Positions 36,821 to 46,376 of a stretch of DNA of 64,000 nucleotides are shown here, in pieces. Origin of the DNA: Candidatus Kaiserbacteria bacterium CG10_big_fil_rev_8_21_14_0_10_49_17. Its GTDB lineage: Bacteria; Patescibacteriota; Minisyncoccia; Phycocordibacterales; JABMNX01. The position numbers were made by a program, and so were the translations under genes. Location of the stretch: the NCBI GenBank assembly GCA_002778575.1, contig PFBJ01000003.1, forward strand, positions 11,057 to 75,056, written 5' to 3'. The notes under the pieces are model-generated. The model was not told where the DNA came from. It made no database searches and was given only the letters and a program-made list of their open reading frames with translations. Position 1 is the first letter of the stretch. Every line of letters begins with the position of its first letter.

Positions 36821-38476
36821 ATGTTGAAGAAAATCCTTACCTACCCGCGGGCAGGGCTCCGTTTTATACGGAACAATAAAAAAGTATCACTACCCGCTAT
36901 CGGACTTATTGTAATTCTCATAATTGCCGGACTTGTATCTGGCGGGACTCACGCAGACGTACCGAATGGAAAGGTTATTAAACGATCTGTCGAAGTTCGA
37001 TCAGTAGCTGAACTCTCAAATGACAAGACGCCTCTCTCCCTCACCGGTCGCGTACGCTCCCAAACTGAGGCAAATCTCTACACCGAGCGCTCGGGTGAAG
37101 TCACCGGCGTTTACCGTACTGTTGGTGATTTTGTATACGCCGGAACAGTTATAGCTGAGATTTCCAATACGTCTGAACGGGCAGCTGTTTTTCAAGCCGA
37201 AGGTGCGGTCGAGCAAGCACAAGCCGCGCTCCAAAAGGTTCAAAGCGGCGCTCGGTCTGAAGAAATTTCTATTCTTGAAATTAATCTGCGCAATGCGAAT
37301 GAGTCATACCAAACTGCCTTGACTAGCGCTCTTAATACTCTCCTTTCCGCGTACGCCACAATTGACGACGCTATTTTGCGCCGTTCTGACCAGGCATTCT
37401 CAAATCCGCGCCTGAGCAATCCAACATTTAATCCTCCTCTCCCCGATTCACAACTCGCAATTACGCTTGCCAATGACCGACTTGCCATTCAATCCATTCT
37501 TGCGCGCCACGCAGTAGCCAGCGCGACTATTTCTGGTGATGAGAGCATAGAAGGTGAATTGGCTAAAACAGCTGAAGATGCCCGTTTTGTTAAGGGATTT
37601 CTTGACGATTTGGTGTATGCTCTTAACCGAGCTATCACATCCTCATCCGTAAGCAGCACTGACATCGACGCATTTCTTGCAGATGCAACGACTGCGCGTA
37701 GTAACGTACAGTCAGTACTAAGTGCGCTTTCAACGGCGCAGTCGACAATCGAGACAAAACGCGCCCTGCTTGAGGTTGCGGAAAAAAACCGCGACCAGGC
37801 AATTAGCGGTGCCCGCAGTGAAGACATTGCAAGTGCTGAGGCTACGTTAAAGCAGGCGCTTGGGACGCTGCGTGTTGCTCAGGCAAACCTTGCAAAAACA
37901 CTGATACGCACGCCAATTAGCGGAACGCTTAATACGCTTTCGATTCAGCAGGGCGACTTCGTGTCCGCGCAGGTTCCTGCCGCAACTGTTTCAAATAACT
38001 CTGCTTTAGAGATACAGACATATATCACCCACGCTGACCGAGAAGACATTGCCGTAGGGTCGGACGTAACCATTGAGGGACGCTACAAGGGGGTTGTAAC
38101 CAGCATCGCGCCGGGCCTTGACCCGATTACCCGTAAAATTGAAGTGCGTATTGGCCTCTCTGATACTGAAACCGAACTAGTGCACGGAGATTCGGTTCGT
38201 ATGTCAGTAAGCCGCGCCGCGAAAGTTGCCGATGCAAGAGAGAGCACTACAGCTGATCAATTTAGTATCCCAATTTCAGCGCTGAAAGTTGAAACTGATC
38301 GAGTTCTCGTATTTACCGTGGATGAAGACCGAACACTCGTTGAGCATACCGTTAAGGAGGGAGCTCTTCTGGGGGAGAAAGTGATTATTCTTGAAGGTCT
38401 TTCCCCTGAAATGGAAATTGTACTGGATGCCCGCGGTCTTGTTGCCGGAGATAGCGTCGTCCTAGTAGAGCGGTAA
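36821..38476 (+). CDS. efflux transporter periplasmic adaptor subunit (HlyD/membrane-fusion protein family) with long coiled coil
   Basis: N-terminal TM, extended coiled coil, beta-barrel/MP domains; start set at MLKKILTYP preceded by AT-rich region. Confidence 0.8.
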   Translation: MLKKILTYPRAGLRFIRNNKKVSLPAIGLIVILIIAGLVSGGTHADVPNGKVIKRSVEVRSVAELSNDKTPLSLTGRVRSQTEANLYTERSGEVTGVYRTVGDFVYAGTVIAEISNTSERAAVFQAEGAVEQAQAALQKVQSGARSEEISILEINLRNANESYQTALTSALNTLLSAYATIDDAILRRSDQAFSNPRLSNPTFNPPLPDSQLAITLANDRLAIQSILARHAVASATISGDESIEGELAKTAEDARFVKGFLDDLVYALNRAITSSSVSSTDIDAFLADATTARSNVQSVLSALSTAQSTIETKRALLEVAEKNRDQAISGARSEDIASAEATLKQALGTLRVAQANLAKTLIRTPISGTLNTLSIQQGDFVSAQVPAATVSNNSALEIQTYITHADREDIAVGSDVTIEGRYKGVVTSIAPGLDPITRKIEVRIGLSDTETELVHGDSVRMSVSRAAKVADARESTTADQFSIPISALKVETDRVLVFTVDEDRTLVEHTVKEGALLGEKVIILEGLSPEMEIVLDARGLVAGDSVVLVER

Positions 38477-38477
38477 T

Positions 38478-41400
38478 ATGTATTATTTTTGGAGTTTTTT
38501 CCTGAAGAAACGCAGCTTCTCATATCTTTTTATAGCGGCGCTCGTTGTCTTCGGCAGTGCGGCTGTTTTTACGATTCCAAAGGAAAATGCTCCGGAGGTA
38601 AAGGTGCCCATTGCAATTGTCTCAACAATACTCCCTGGAGCAACCGCAGAGACTGTAGAGAAACTGGTTACAAACAAAATTGAGGACGCAATTGCAAACC
38701 TCGAGGATATTAAGTCAATCACATCAACTTCCCGAGAGGGCATTTCTGGCATCGTAGTTGAATTTGACGCAAAGGCTGACATCGAGACATCGGTGCAGGA
38801 CCTTAAGAATGAAGTTGATACCGTGGCACCGCAACTGCCAAATGAAGCTGAAGACTCAACAGTTACGAAGCTCTCCTTTGTGGACCAGCCGGTCCTCACC
38901 GTTGCTATTTCTGGCGACTTGCCTGCACCTGAATTTTTTGCATTAGCCGATTCGCTTGAACGTGAGTTAAAAGCGCTCGCCGGCGTCTCTGACGTACACA
39001 TAGCAGGTAAGCGTGAGCGTGAAGTGCAGGTAATCGTAAGCAAAGAAGCGCTTGCCACCTACGGCCTCACGCTTTCGCAGGTGACCGCTGCAATTGCAGG
39101 TGCTAATACGACACTCCCTATCGGCAGTATTACCGTTAATGATATTGAATACAACGTAGAATTTGCGAGCGACGTTACGGATCCTTCAGAAATCGCTGAC
39201 CTTGCAATCCTTTCCACTCCAAATGGTAGTCCTATTTATGTCCGCGATGTCGCATTTGTTTCAGACAGTTTCGAGAAGACCCGCACATTCTCACGTATCT
39301 CAATTGACGGCTCTCCGAGTGAAAACGCTCTTTCATTTAATATTTTCGCGAAGTCAGGTGGAGATATTACAGACGTTTCCGCACACGTTCGCGCGCACCT
39401 TACCGCACTACAGGAGCCTGGGAGCCTTCTTGAGGGAGTCACTGTCCTTGTCGTTTTTGATGCAGGAGAATTTCTAAAGCGAGACCTCCTCACGCTCGTT
39501 TTCTCCGGCCTTCAAACAGTAGCACTTGTTATGATTATTCTCTTCCTCACAATCGGGTGGCGTGAAGCGCTCGTCGCCGGTGCCGCAATTCCTCTTTCAT
39601 TTCTCATTGCATTTATTGCTCTGGAGGCAACCGGAAACACAATAAACTTTGTTTCTCTTTTCTCGCTCATTTTAGCAGTGGGTATCTTGGTTGACTCCGC
39701 AATTGTAATTGTCGAGGGCATACATACCAGAATGAAGCTTCAAATGGACAAAAAGGAAGCGGCGTATGAGACGATCAAGGAATTTTACCTTCCGCTGACA
39801 TCTGGGACTCTCACGACCGTTGCCGTATTTGCCCCGCTCTTTTTGATTTCAGGCATTACAGGCGAATTTATCGCAAGCATTCCGTTTACGATTATTTTCG
39901 TGCTTATGGCTTCGCTCCTTGTCGCGCTCGGTTTTATTCCGCTTATTGCCTCTATCGTCCTGCGGCGGCGCAACATGAGTCGTCTTGAGGAGAGTCAGGA
40001 ACAGTTCACTTCACGACTCCAAAAATGGTACCGGAACGTGCTCGATTCATTTCTTGAGAATAGAAAGAAGCAACGAACGCTCTTTATTTCACTGTCTGTT
40101 GCATTTGTTGTCGCCCTTTCCTTCCCTATTGTTGGAGTCGTACCGGTTATCTTCTTTCCACAGGAAGATATAGATTTCATTGTCGCTGATGTAGAAATGC
40201 CGCAGGGCTCGATTCTCGAGCGAACTGATTTTGAAGCGCGGAAGGTTGAGGAGATTCTGTACGAGGAGCCTGCAATCGATTCATTTGTAACCACAGTCGG
40301 ACAAGCGAGTTCCTTTGGACTTGAGGGGGGCACGACAGAGAAACGTTTTGCCAATGTATTTATTAACCTGCGGACTGACAGAAGCGACACAAGTACCGAA
40401 ATCGTTAATAGGCTTAGGGAATCAACTACTGACATCCACACAGCAAAGGTGAGCGTCTCTCAGCCGTCAAACGGCCCGCCGGGAGGCGCGCCAGTGTCGA
40501 TTTCATTCCTTGGGGATAATCTCGACGATCTTGATCGCGTCGCAAAGCGGGCCGCACAGCTTCTTGAAAGCATCCCCGGAACTGCTGATGTCGCAACCGG
40601 AGCCCGTAACAGCACGACAGAATTTGTACTGACTATCGACAAAGCAAAGGCGACCGAGCTTGGTCTTGATCCACGAACAGTTGCAGAGACACTTCGGACA
40701 GCGGTGTATGGAACAACTGCCACAACGATAAAAAATCAGGAGGGTGACATTGACGTAGTCGTTCGTCTTGATCTTAATGCTGATTTTATTAATCCGCACG
40801 ATACAAACCGCGCGACTATTGATGATATTCGCCAACTCGCAATTGAAACTGCGCGTGGCCCGATACTGCTCGGATCAGTTCTCACCGGCAGTATTAAGAA
40901 AGGCAACCCGACAATTGCTCACGACGACCGCAAGCGCGTTACCACCGTGACCGCACAGCTTGCTGAAGGTGGAAATGCGCTTGCGATTGTTTCAGAGTTC
41001 CAGGACCGCATCGCTGAGCTTTCGCTTGGCGAAGGTATAGTTGCTGATTTTGGCGGAGAGAATGAAGACGTTCAACAGTCATTCCAGGATATGTTCTACG
41101 CCCTCATCATCGGCATGCTGTCAATGTTTGCTATTCTTGTCTTGCAATTTAACTCATTCCGGCATGCGGGATACGTGCTCTCTATTGTTCCGCTTGCACT
41201 TATCGGCATTTTTGCCGGACTCGCTATTACCGGAAAGGCCCTTTCGTTCCCGTCAATTATGGGATTTATAGCGCTTGCAGGAATTGTTGTTAATAACTCA
41301 ATTATCCTCATTGATGTTATTAACACGCTGCGCGCTAAAAATGACGGCGTCGTAACAAAGGAGATTATCATTACCGGTGCAACGGCACGCTTGCGCCCAA

Positions 41401-41576
41401 TTCTCCTTACTGCGCTTACGACTGTCATCGGAATTACACCGCTCATCTTTGCGGCGGAACTCTGGGCGCCACTTGCCTTCTCTATAATGTTTGGCCTTAC
41501 ATTCTCAGTTATTATTACACTCCTCCTTATTCCGGTTATTTACTACCGATGGCCAGGAAACGTCTCTCGTGAATAA
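38478..41576 (+). CDS. RND-superfamily efflux permease (AcrB/HAE family), 12 TM
   Basis: 1032 aa, two large periplasmic loops, conserved RND TM4/TM10 regions. Confidence 0.9.
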   Translation: MYYFWSFFLKKRSFSYLFIAALVVFGSAAVFTIPKENAPEVKVPIAIVSTILPGATAETVEKLVTNKIEDAIANLEDIKSITSTSREGISGIVVEFDAKADIETSVQDLKNEVDTVAPQLPNEAEDSTVTKLSFVDQPVLTVAISGDLPAPEFFALADSLERELKALAGVSDVHIAGKREREVQVIVSKEALATYGLTLSQVTAAIAGANTTLPIGSITVNDIEYNVEFASDVTDPSEIADLAILSTPNGSPIYVRDVAFVSDSFEKTRTFSRISIDGSPSENALSFNIFAKSGGDITDVSAHVRAHLTALQEPGSLLEGVTVLVVFDAGEFLKRDLLTLVFSGLQTVALVMIILFLTIGWREALVAGAAIPLSFLIAFIALEATGNTINFVSLFSLILAVGILVDSAIVIVEGIHTRMKLQMDKKEAAYETIKEFYLPLTSGTLTTVAVFAPLFLISGITGEFIASIPFTIIFVLMASLLVALGFIPLIASIVLRRRNMSRLEESQEQFTSRLQKWYRNVLDSFLENRKKQRTLFISLSVAFVVALSFPIVGVVPVIFFPQEDIDFIVADVEMPQGSILERTDFEARKVEEILYEEPAIDSFVTTVGQASSFGLEGGTTEKRFANVFINLRTDRSDTSTEIVNRLRESTTDIHTAKVSVSQPSNGPPGGAPVSISFLGDNLDDLDRVAKRAAQLLESIPGTADVATGARNSTTEFVLTIDKAKATELGLDPRTVAETLRTAVYGTTATTIKNQEGDIDVVVRLDLNADFINPHDTNRATIDDIRQLAIETARGPILLGSVLTGSIKKGNPTIAHDDRKRVTTVTAQLAEGGNALAIVSEFQDRIAELSLGEGIVADFGGENEDVQQSFQDMFYALIIGMLSMFAILVLQFNSFRHAGYVLSIVPLALIGIFAGLAITGKALSFPSIMGFIALAGIVVNNSIILIDVINTLRAKNDGVVTKEIIITGATARLRPILLTALTTVIGITPLIFAAELWAPLAFSIMFGLTFSVIITLLLIPVIYYRWPGNVSRE

Positions 41577-41608
41577 AAAACAACGGACCAGTTTCTGACC
41601 GGCCCGTT
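41572..41608 (-). terminator. rho-independent terminator for NYN/RNHCP/arginine-kinase transcript (overlaps RND stop codon)
   Basis: AACGGACC...GGCCCGTT hairpin followed on minus strand by TTGTTTTTTA. Confidence 0.55.
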
Positions 41609-41669
41609 AGATAATTCCAACCATATTTCTTCCGTTTGGAATTGAGTGTGTTGGAATGTTGAGACTGTT

Positions 41670-42173
41670 TCAAATCGAATTGACTCGTAAACCAAATACA
41701 CGAAACGCAACACCTTCAAAAGTCGCCAGGACCCGCTCAGCCGTTCGAGCAAAATCTCCATCGCCTGAGACAATAATTACTTCGAGTTTGATATCGCCGC
41801 TGTACACAGTGCGATGGTTCGTGACAGTATACCAGATGTCATCAACTATGAGCCGGTCAACGTCCTTGGCCTGCTCAACAATGAGCGTGAATTCCGCTTC
41901 CTCCGCTTCAAGCACATTGCGTTTTGTAAGGACATCCGCAATGACGTAATTTGGACAGTAGACTCCTGCATGCACAACTTCCGGTTCACATTTTCTTTCC
42001 TTTCGGAGTGTCCGAATAATGTGGTCAAAAAGATTTAGCCAATTGACATCGACAATATCCGTCTTGTCGTGATCTGCTATTGAGAGGCCATCGCGAATGG
42101 AAAGTAGAATGTTCGGTGCATCAACAAAGATCGCCACAGGAAGAACCTGCGGCGGTTTAGCATTTCCGTCCAT
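41670..42173 (-). CDS. NYN-domain (LabA-like, PIN-fold) putative ribonuclease
   Basis: VAIFVDAPNI...IIVSGDGDF acidic residues characteristic of NYN/LabA. Confidence 0.7.
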   Translation of the reverse strand: MDGNAKPPQVLPVAIFVDAPNILLSIRDGLSIADHDKTDIVDVNWLNLFDHIIRTLRKERKCEPEVVHAGVYCPNYVIADVLTKRNVLEAEEAEFTLIVEQAKDVDRLIVDDIWYTVTNHRTVYSGDIKLEVIIVSGDGDFARTAERVLATFEGVAFRVFGLRVNSI

Positions 42174-42235
42174 GTGTTCCTCCGTGTATATGCTATGTGG
42201 AGTAAAACCCAAAACTCATATCAAGTCAACCAATA

Positions 42236-42529
42236 CTACTCCTCTGAGAGGGCGAGTGCGGCATCGTAGTCATCGTTTGGCGCTAGCTTATTCGGCAATG
42301 CATGCCCGCACCGGACACAGCGGTGAATAAGTCTGTGCACACCTGCTTTCTGCTCTAGCGCAATAGGCTCCATCAGCCCGCCGCAATCAGATGCCCTGTC
42401 TCCTGGATGCACGTCAACATGTTTACTCCACAGACACGATGGGCAGTGATTCGTAAAACCGCTGCCAATAACACTTTCACCACAATGCTCACAGATGAAA
42501 TTTTCAACTGTTTTTGTAAAGCGCTTCAT
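42236..42529 (-). CDS. RNHCP-domain zinc-ribbon protein
   Basis: FTNHCPSCLWSKHVD plus CxxC...CxxC. Confidence 0.65.
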   Translation of the reverse strand: MKRFTKTVENFICEHCGESVIGSGFTNHCPSCLWSKHVDVHPGDRASDCGGLMEPIALEQKAGVHRLIHRCVRCGHALPNKLAPNDDYDAALALSEE

Positions 42530-42592
42530 ACTGCAATACTAGCCTTTCAATATGCTGAACAAAAAGGTCGCACACTGTGCGACCTTCTGAAA

Positions 42593-43615
42593 TTATTTTC
42601 GTAACTCCTCCTCTGTAGCTAACCGACGAGCTCCGACATGGAGACCCACGATTGCATCTCTTTCGGAAAGTCCGAGACGCCGTTTGTTGGAAATGTCGTA
42701 GACCCCCCCAACACTCTCGGAATGCTCCCCGTGAATGCCTCGAACCGAAAGTCCGAGGAGTTTTGCGAAATCATCAAGTTCGCCACTTTTCTCGAGCGCA
42801 GGGAGTTTCATATGGAAGCTCGCACGCATTGCCGTTCCAAGGTTTGTTGGACAACTTGAGAGGTATCCAAGCTGTTGTGTGTAGGCAAATGGGACGTTCT
42901 TTTCGATTTCAGAAATCGCACGTACCAGCCTGCTATAGACAGAGAGCAGGTCACCTCCCTGCTCAAGAGAGATAATACGAAGGTGATCTTCCTCATTCAC
43001 CCACACAATGAACTTCTTATCGTTTGAAAGAAAAATGCCGCGTCCTGCCGGCCAGTCCCGATTGACTCCTGCGCTCTCAAGGAAACGATCCCCTTGCTTG
43101 AAGAGCACGTGGTCTTCAATCAGTTTATTTCGTGTTTCCTCATCGAGATCTGCAAGCGAGTGATACGTGCCTGCCAAATCATCAGGAAGCTTTGAGAGAG
43201 CATCAACAACTCGCCGCTCAACTTCCAGACGCTCGTCTAGAGACATTCCTGGCGTTAGCGCAAAACCGTCAAGATTTCGCCCAACACGCGCGCGCGTTGA
43301 GATAACACGATCACGGTAAAGCTCAGCTCCGGTAAACTGCCCCGGCTTGATCGTCATATCCTGCGGGTGTGCAAGAGAATCAACATTTTCAATGTTGTGG
43401 TACTCCGCAATAATGGGACCAAAAAGACCCCAAAACACCTCGTACGATTCAGCATCCGGCGCATAGACGCCGATACTGCTGTCCGGATTTTCAACTCCAG
43501 AGCGTGTAATATCATCAAGGCTAAAGCCTCGATTCGTCTTCGCTCTTCGCAATTCGGATGCAACATCCTCGGTAAAATGCTTGGCTAGAAGTGATTGCTT
43601 GACTGGCATGTGCAT
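42593..43615 (-). CDS. ATP:guanido phosphotransferase, full-length arginine kinase-like (phosphagen kinase with N-terminal helical domain)
   Basis: active-site CPTNLGT, VWVNEEDHLRIIS, N-domain ESYEVFWGLFGPIIAEYH matching metazoan AK not McsB. Confidence 0.85.
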   Translation of the reverse strand: MHMPVKQSLLAKHFTEDVASELRRAKTNRGFSLDDITRSGVENPDSSIGVYAPDAESYEVFWGLFGPIIAEYHNIENVDSLAHPQDMTIKPGQFTGAELYRDRVISTRARVGRNLDGFALTPGMSLDERLEVERRVVDALSKLPDDLAGTYHSLADLDEETRNKLIEDHVLFKQGDRFLESAGVNRDWPAGRGIFLSNDKKFIVWVNEEDHLRIISLEQGGDLLSVYSRLVRAISEIEKNVPFAYTQQLGYLSSCPTNLGTAMRASFHMKLPALEKSGELDDFAKLLGLSVRGIHGEHSESVGGVYDISNKRRLGLSERDAIVGLHVGARRLATEEELRK

Positions 43616-43736
43616 AGGTTTTTTCCTTCTGATAAGTGACCACCGAAGAGTGTACAGTGTATGTGTCTATTTTTCAACTAAGCATCACTAAAATTAAAAA
43701 CCGCTCATGGTGGTGAGATGGGGATTTCTATTCCTC

Positions 43737-44414
43737 TTATTTAACCGCGCTTTCCTTTACCGAGGTGTAGAGAAAATACATGTATGCGACACTAAATGGC
43801 ACCACAAGTATTTGGATAACCACAGAGATTACCTGACCAAGTGCCGCATCCTTCGATGAGAAGAATGCACCAATTCCTCCAAGAATTCCCGATATAAGAA
43901 TAATTACAAGCATTCGGCCAAACACTGCCCACCACCGTCCTTTTACGTATGAATGGCTCTTTTTAAGGGCATCGACGCCTCGCTCACTTTCAAAGAGCAC
44001 AATAAAGACCGCGAGACTAAGATACACTGAGATAATAATTCCTGGAATAATAAGGAGAATAAATCCAACAACCTCAAGAAACCCTACAAGTATAGAAACC
44101 CATAGGAACGAAAGGAAAAGCGGAAATGCCTCTCTAAAATACGTAGTAATTTCTCTCTTCTCGCTATCTCCCACTGCTCGTATAATGGCGATACCTGCGA
44201 GAATCTGCAGAAACGCAAGTGCGAATACCCCGAGTACTGCAAAGAGAGTTATTGTACCTTTACCGCTCGGAAGAGTGACGCTCCCGAAACCAATAACAAG
44301 GGAGAGAAATGCCGGAATGGCAATAATGCCAATAAGAGTCCACAGACGCTCCCGAAACAGAAAAAGTGCTTGGCGCACGAGGTCGCGTACTGAAATTACA
44401 TTACTTTTTCCCAT
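43737..44414 (-). CDS. hypothetical integral membrane protein (6 TM)
   Basis: hydropathy; start moved to MGKSNV to avoid overlap. Confidence 0.5.
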   Translation of the reverse strand: MGKSNVISVRDLVRQALFLFRERLWTLIGIIAIPAFLSLVIGFGSVTLPSGKGTITLFAVLGVFALAFLQILAGIAIIRAVGDSEKREITTYFREAFPLFLSFLWVSILVGFLEVVGFILLIIPGIIISVYLSLAVFIVLFESERGVDALKKSHSYVKGRWWAVFGRMLVIILISGILGGIGAFFSSKDAALGQVISVVIQILVVPFSVAYMYFLYTSVKESAVK

Positions 44415-44463
44415 ACACTTTAGTATAACAAAAAAAGCACCCCGCGCTACGCGCGGGGCTATG

Positions 44464-45279
44464 CTATTTGGGAACAAAAAGTTTTTGGAATTCGCAAAAC
44501 GGCATACCGTAATTGAAGCCGGGGTCAAAGTCTTGCAGACGTTTTTCTCTATCGTTGTATCTGACATTCTGATTGAAGTCGATGAATGCAACGAGCGCAA
44601 AACGGCCATTTTGAGCACTGTGCGGTGTCGGTCGCACGCAGTGGCACAGTGCCTTTAGTGCGCCGCCGGAGCGGTACTGCAATCCCATGCTTGGAAAAAT
44701 GACTGTTTTTTCTCCAGAGAGCGTCCACGGGTGCCAGTGCCGATCAAATCCGTAATATTCCCCTCCTTCCTGATTTTCATAAAGATGCAAGGTAAAATCG
44801 CCTCGATCCACATGCGGGTACGCAAGCATTGCCTCGCCGAAATAGTGAAGGTAGCGAAACGTCCAGCGCTTGTGGGAGGCACGCACTTCACTTTCAAAGC
44901 CAGAAAGATTGAATTCCTTCTCGACTGCATGCGCAAATTCCCCAACAAGCGGTACCGACTCTCTAATGAGGTTAGAGACGGCATCAATGAAGCGGAACCC
45001 CCTTTTCTCATGAACTCCGTCGGCACAGCTCCACAAAACCGGCAACTGCTCCTCAACAACGTGGAACATCTCTTTCGAGTCAGAGCGCGTTCCTGCATCA
45101 TTGCGGAGCATATACCCAAAGTCGTTGGCTCGATCACCCTTAGAAAACTGGCGCTTTTTCTCTTCGGGCAATGTGCAGAAAGCCTGCCACGAAGCGACCG
45201 CCTCTTCAACCGAAGCGCGGAGTGCTGTGGGGTACGGTACCTCCACCATCCCCTTCGTTGCCAAAGCAGACACATCCAT
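44464..45279 (-). CDS. 2-oxoglutarate/Fe(II)-dependent oxygenase, IPNS/PcbC-like
   Basis: HVD...H facial triad (YPHVDRGDF, LCHCV) and RFALVAF (RxS-like); strong GGAGGA RBS before MDVSAL. Confidence 0.6.
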   Translation of the reverse strand: MDVSALATKGMVEVPYPTALRASVEEAVASWQAFCTLPEEKKRQFSKGDRANDFGYMLRNDAGTRSDSKEMFHVVEEQLPVLWSCADGVHEKRGFRFIDAVSNLIRESVPLVGEFAHAVEKEFNLSGFESEVRASHKRWTFRYLHYFGEAMLAYPHVDRGDFTLHLYENQEGGEYYGFDRHWHPWTLSGEKTVIFPSMGLQYRSGGALKALCHCVRPTPHSAQNGRFALVAFIDFNQNVRYNDREKRLQDFDPGFNYGMPFCEFQKLFVPK

Positions 45280-45398
45280 TTTTTCCTCCACTGCTGATTT
45301 TCTTTTTGTAGAGTACCAAAATACGCGATGGAAAGAAGATTGACACAAATGAAAGATGGCGTACTCTTCTCATGGATACCAACTACTGGAGAGTAAAG

Positions 45399-46118
45399 AT
45401 GGGTTTTCGTTTGCAGTTGCCGATTTACCTTCCGACTCAGGGAGATGTATTGCCGTCAACACATCTGGCGAAACACGAGTTCTATGTCTGGCAACTTATT
45501 CGCTCACTAAGCGGAGCTGTGCGGTGGCCTGGAGCACACGGCGACTCACCAACACCGTCACAGACAGCAGACAATTGTATGTTTTCCTGGATACTGGGAA
45601 AATATCAAGAGATGTTGCAAAGCATTACTCGAGATGACATTGCGCCTCCGTTTCGCATTGATATCAAACCAAAGCCTCACGAATATAATGACCGGAGCTT
45701 AAAGGAGTTGTATGCTCAGTCGGTACGAGTGCTTATGCACGCCGGTTACTCTGGATGCATTGACCCTGTTCGCATCGGGACAGAAGATACATATCCAATG
45801 CCTGATGTAATGCTTGATCACAACCAAGCACTCGAGCAACTTGATTGGAAGCGGCTGCGCTTCGCCTACCGCTTCAGCAATGCTCCAGCATTTACTGATG
45901 ATCTGCCATTACTGTGGGTGCCAACTCGGCGCGTTGCCCGATGGTGGGAAGAAATGATTGATGGGAAACCATCAAAAACGCAAGAAATTCTAAAGTCAGA
46001 TGCACTGTCCTTACGAATTGCTCGCGCCAGACTCGCCTACATGAAAGAGTGGGGTAAAGTTAGAGCCCGTGTTCTTCTCGATTTTCATCCGATTTTCACC
46101 CTCTGTATGGTGCCCTAA
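45399..46118 (+). CDS. hypothetical protein
   Basis: ORF with GGAG RBS at second ATG (alternative start 45372); strong terminator downstream. Confidence 0.5.
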   Translation: MGFRLQLPIYLPTQGDVLPSTHLAKHEFYVWQLIRSLSGAVRWPGAHGDSPTPSQTADNCMFSWILGKYQEMLQSITRDDIAPPFRIDIKPKPHEYNDRSLKELYAQSVRVLMHAGYSGCIDPVRIGTEDTYPMPDVMLDHNQALEQLDWKRLRFAYRFSNAPAFTDDLPLLWVPTRRVARWWEEMIDGKPSKTQEILKSDALSLRIARARLAYMKEWGKVRARVLLDFHPIFTLCMVP

Positions 46119-46129
46119 AAATATTCTAG

Positions 46130-46159
46130 ATCAGCCCGCATTCAGCGGGCTGATTTTTT
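46130..46159 (+). terminator. rho-independent terminator
   Basis: ATCAGCCCGC-attca-GCGGGCTGAT 10-bp stem plus T6. Confidence 0.8.
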
Positions 46160-46250
46160 CTGCACTCACGCATCACCTTAACGTTGCGTCGAGATGTGCC
46201 CGACAGCCTGCGCAGGCATCTTGCAAAATACCCCTGCCTCACATCACTAC

Positions 46251-46283
46251 AAAAACATCACACTATTTCTGTGTGATGTTTTT
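46251..46283. terminator. bidirectional terminator hairpin
   Basis: AAAACATCACAC-tatttct-GTGTGATGTTTT 12-bp perfect stem flanked by A and T runs; terminates the minus-strand tRNA transcript. Confidence 0.7.
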
Positions 46284-46292
46284 GTGACGATG

Positions 46293-46329
46293 TGGACCAA
46301 ACCGGAATTGAGCCAGCGACCTCCTGAGT
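46293..46329 (-). pseudogene. tRNA 3'-half remnant (anticodon-loop position 37 to discriminator), 31/37 identical to 3' half of adjacent tRNA-Ala
   Basis: ACTCAGGAGGTCGCTGGCTCAATTCCGGTTTGGTCCA; no 5' half or foldable anticodon stem. Confidence 0.6.
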
Positions 46330-46330
46330 A

Positions 46331-46376
46331 ATTGCACCCTAACAAAATGAGATGATCGAGTTTGATTACACTGTGG
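46331..46376. repeat. left arm of about 46-bp imperfect inverted repeat flanking tRNA-Ala
   Basis: reverse complement of 46449-46496 with two substitutions and a short indel. Confidence 0.6.

Noticed and set aside
46293-46373. Possible second functional tRNA downstream of tRNA-Ala
   Set aside because: Only the 3' half (positions 37-73) is present. No matching 5' acceptor strand, D-arm or foldable anticodon stem, so it is called a remnant.
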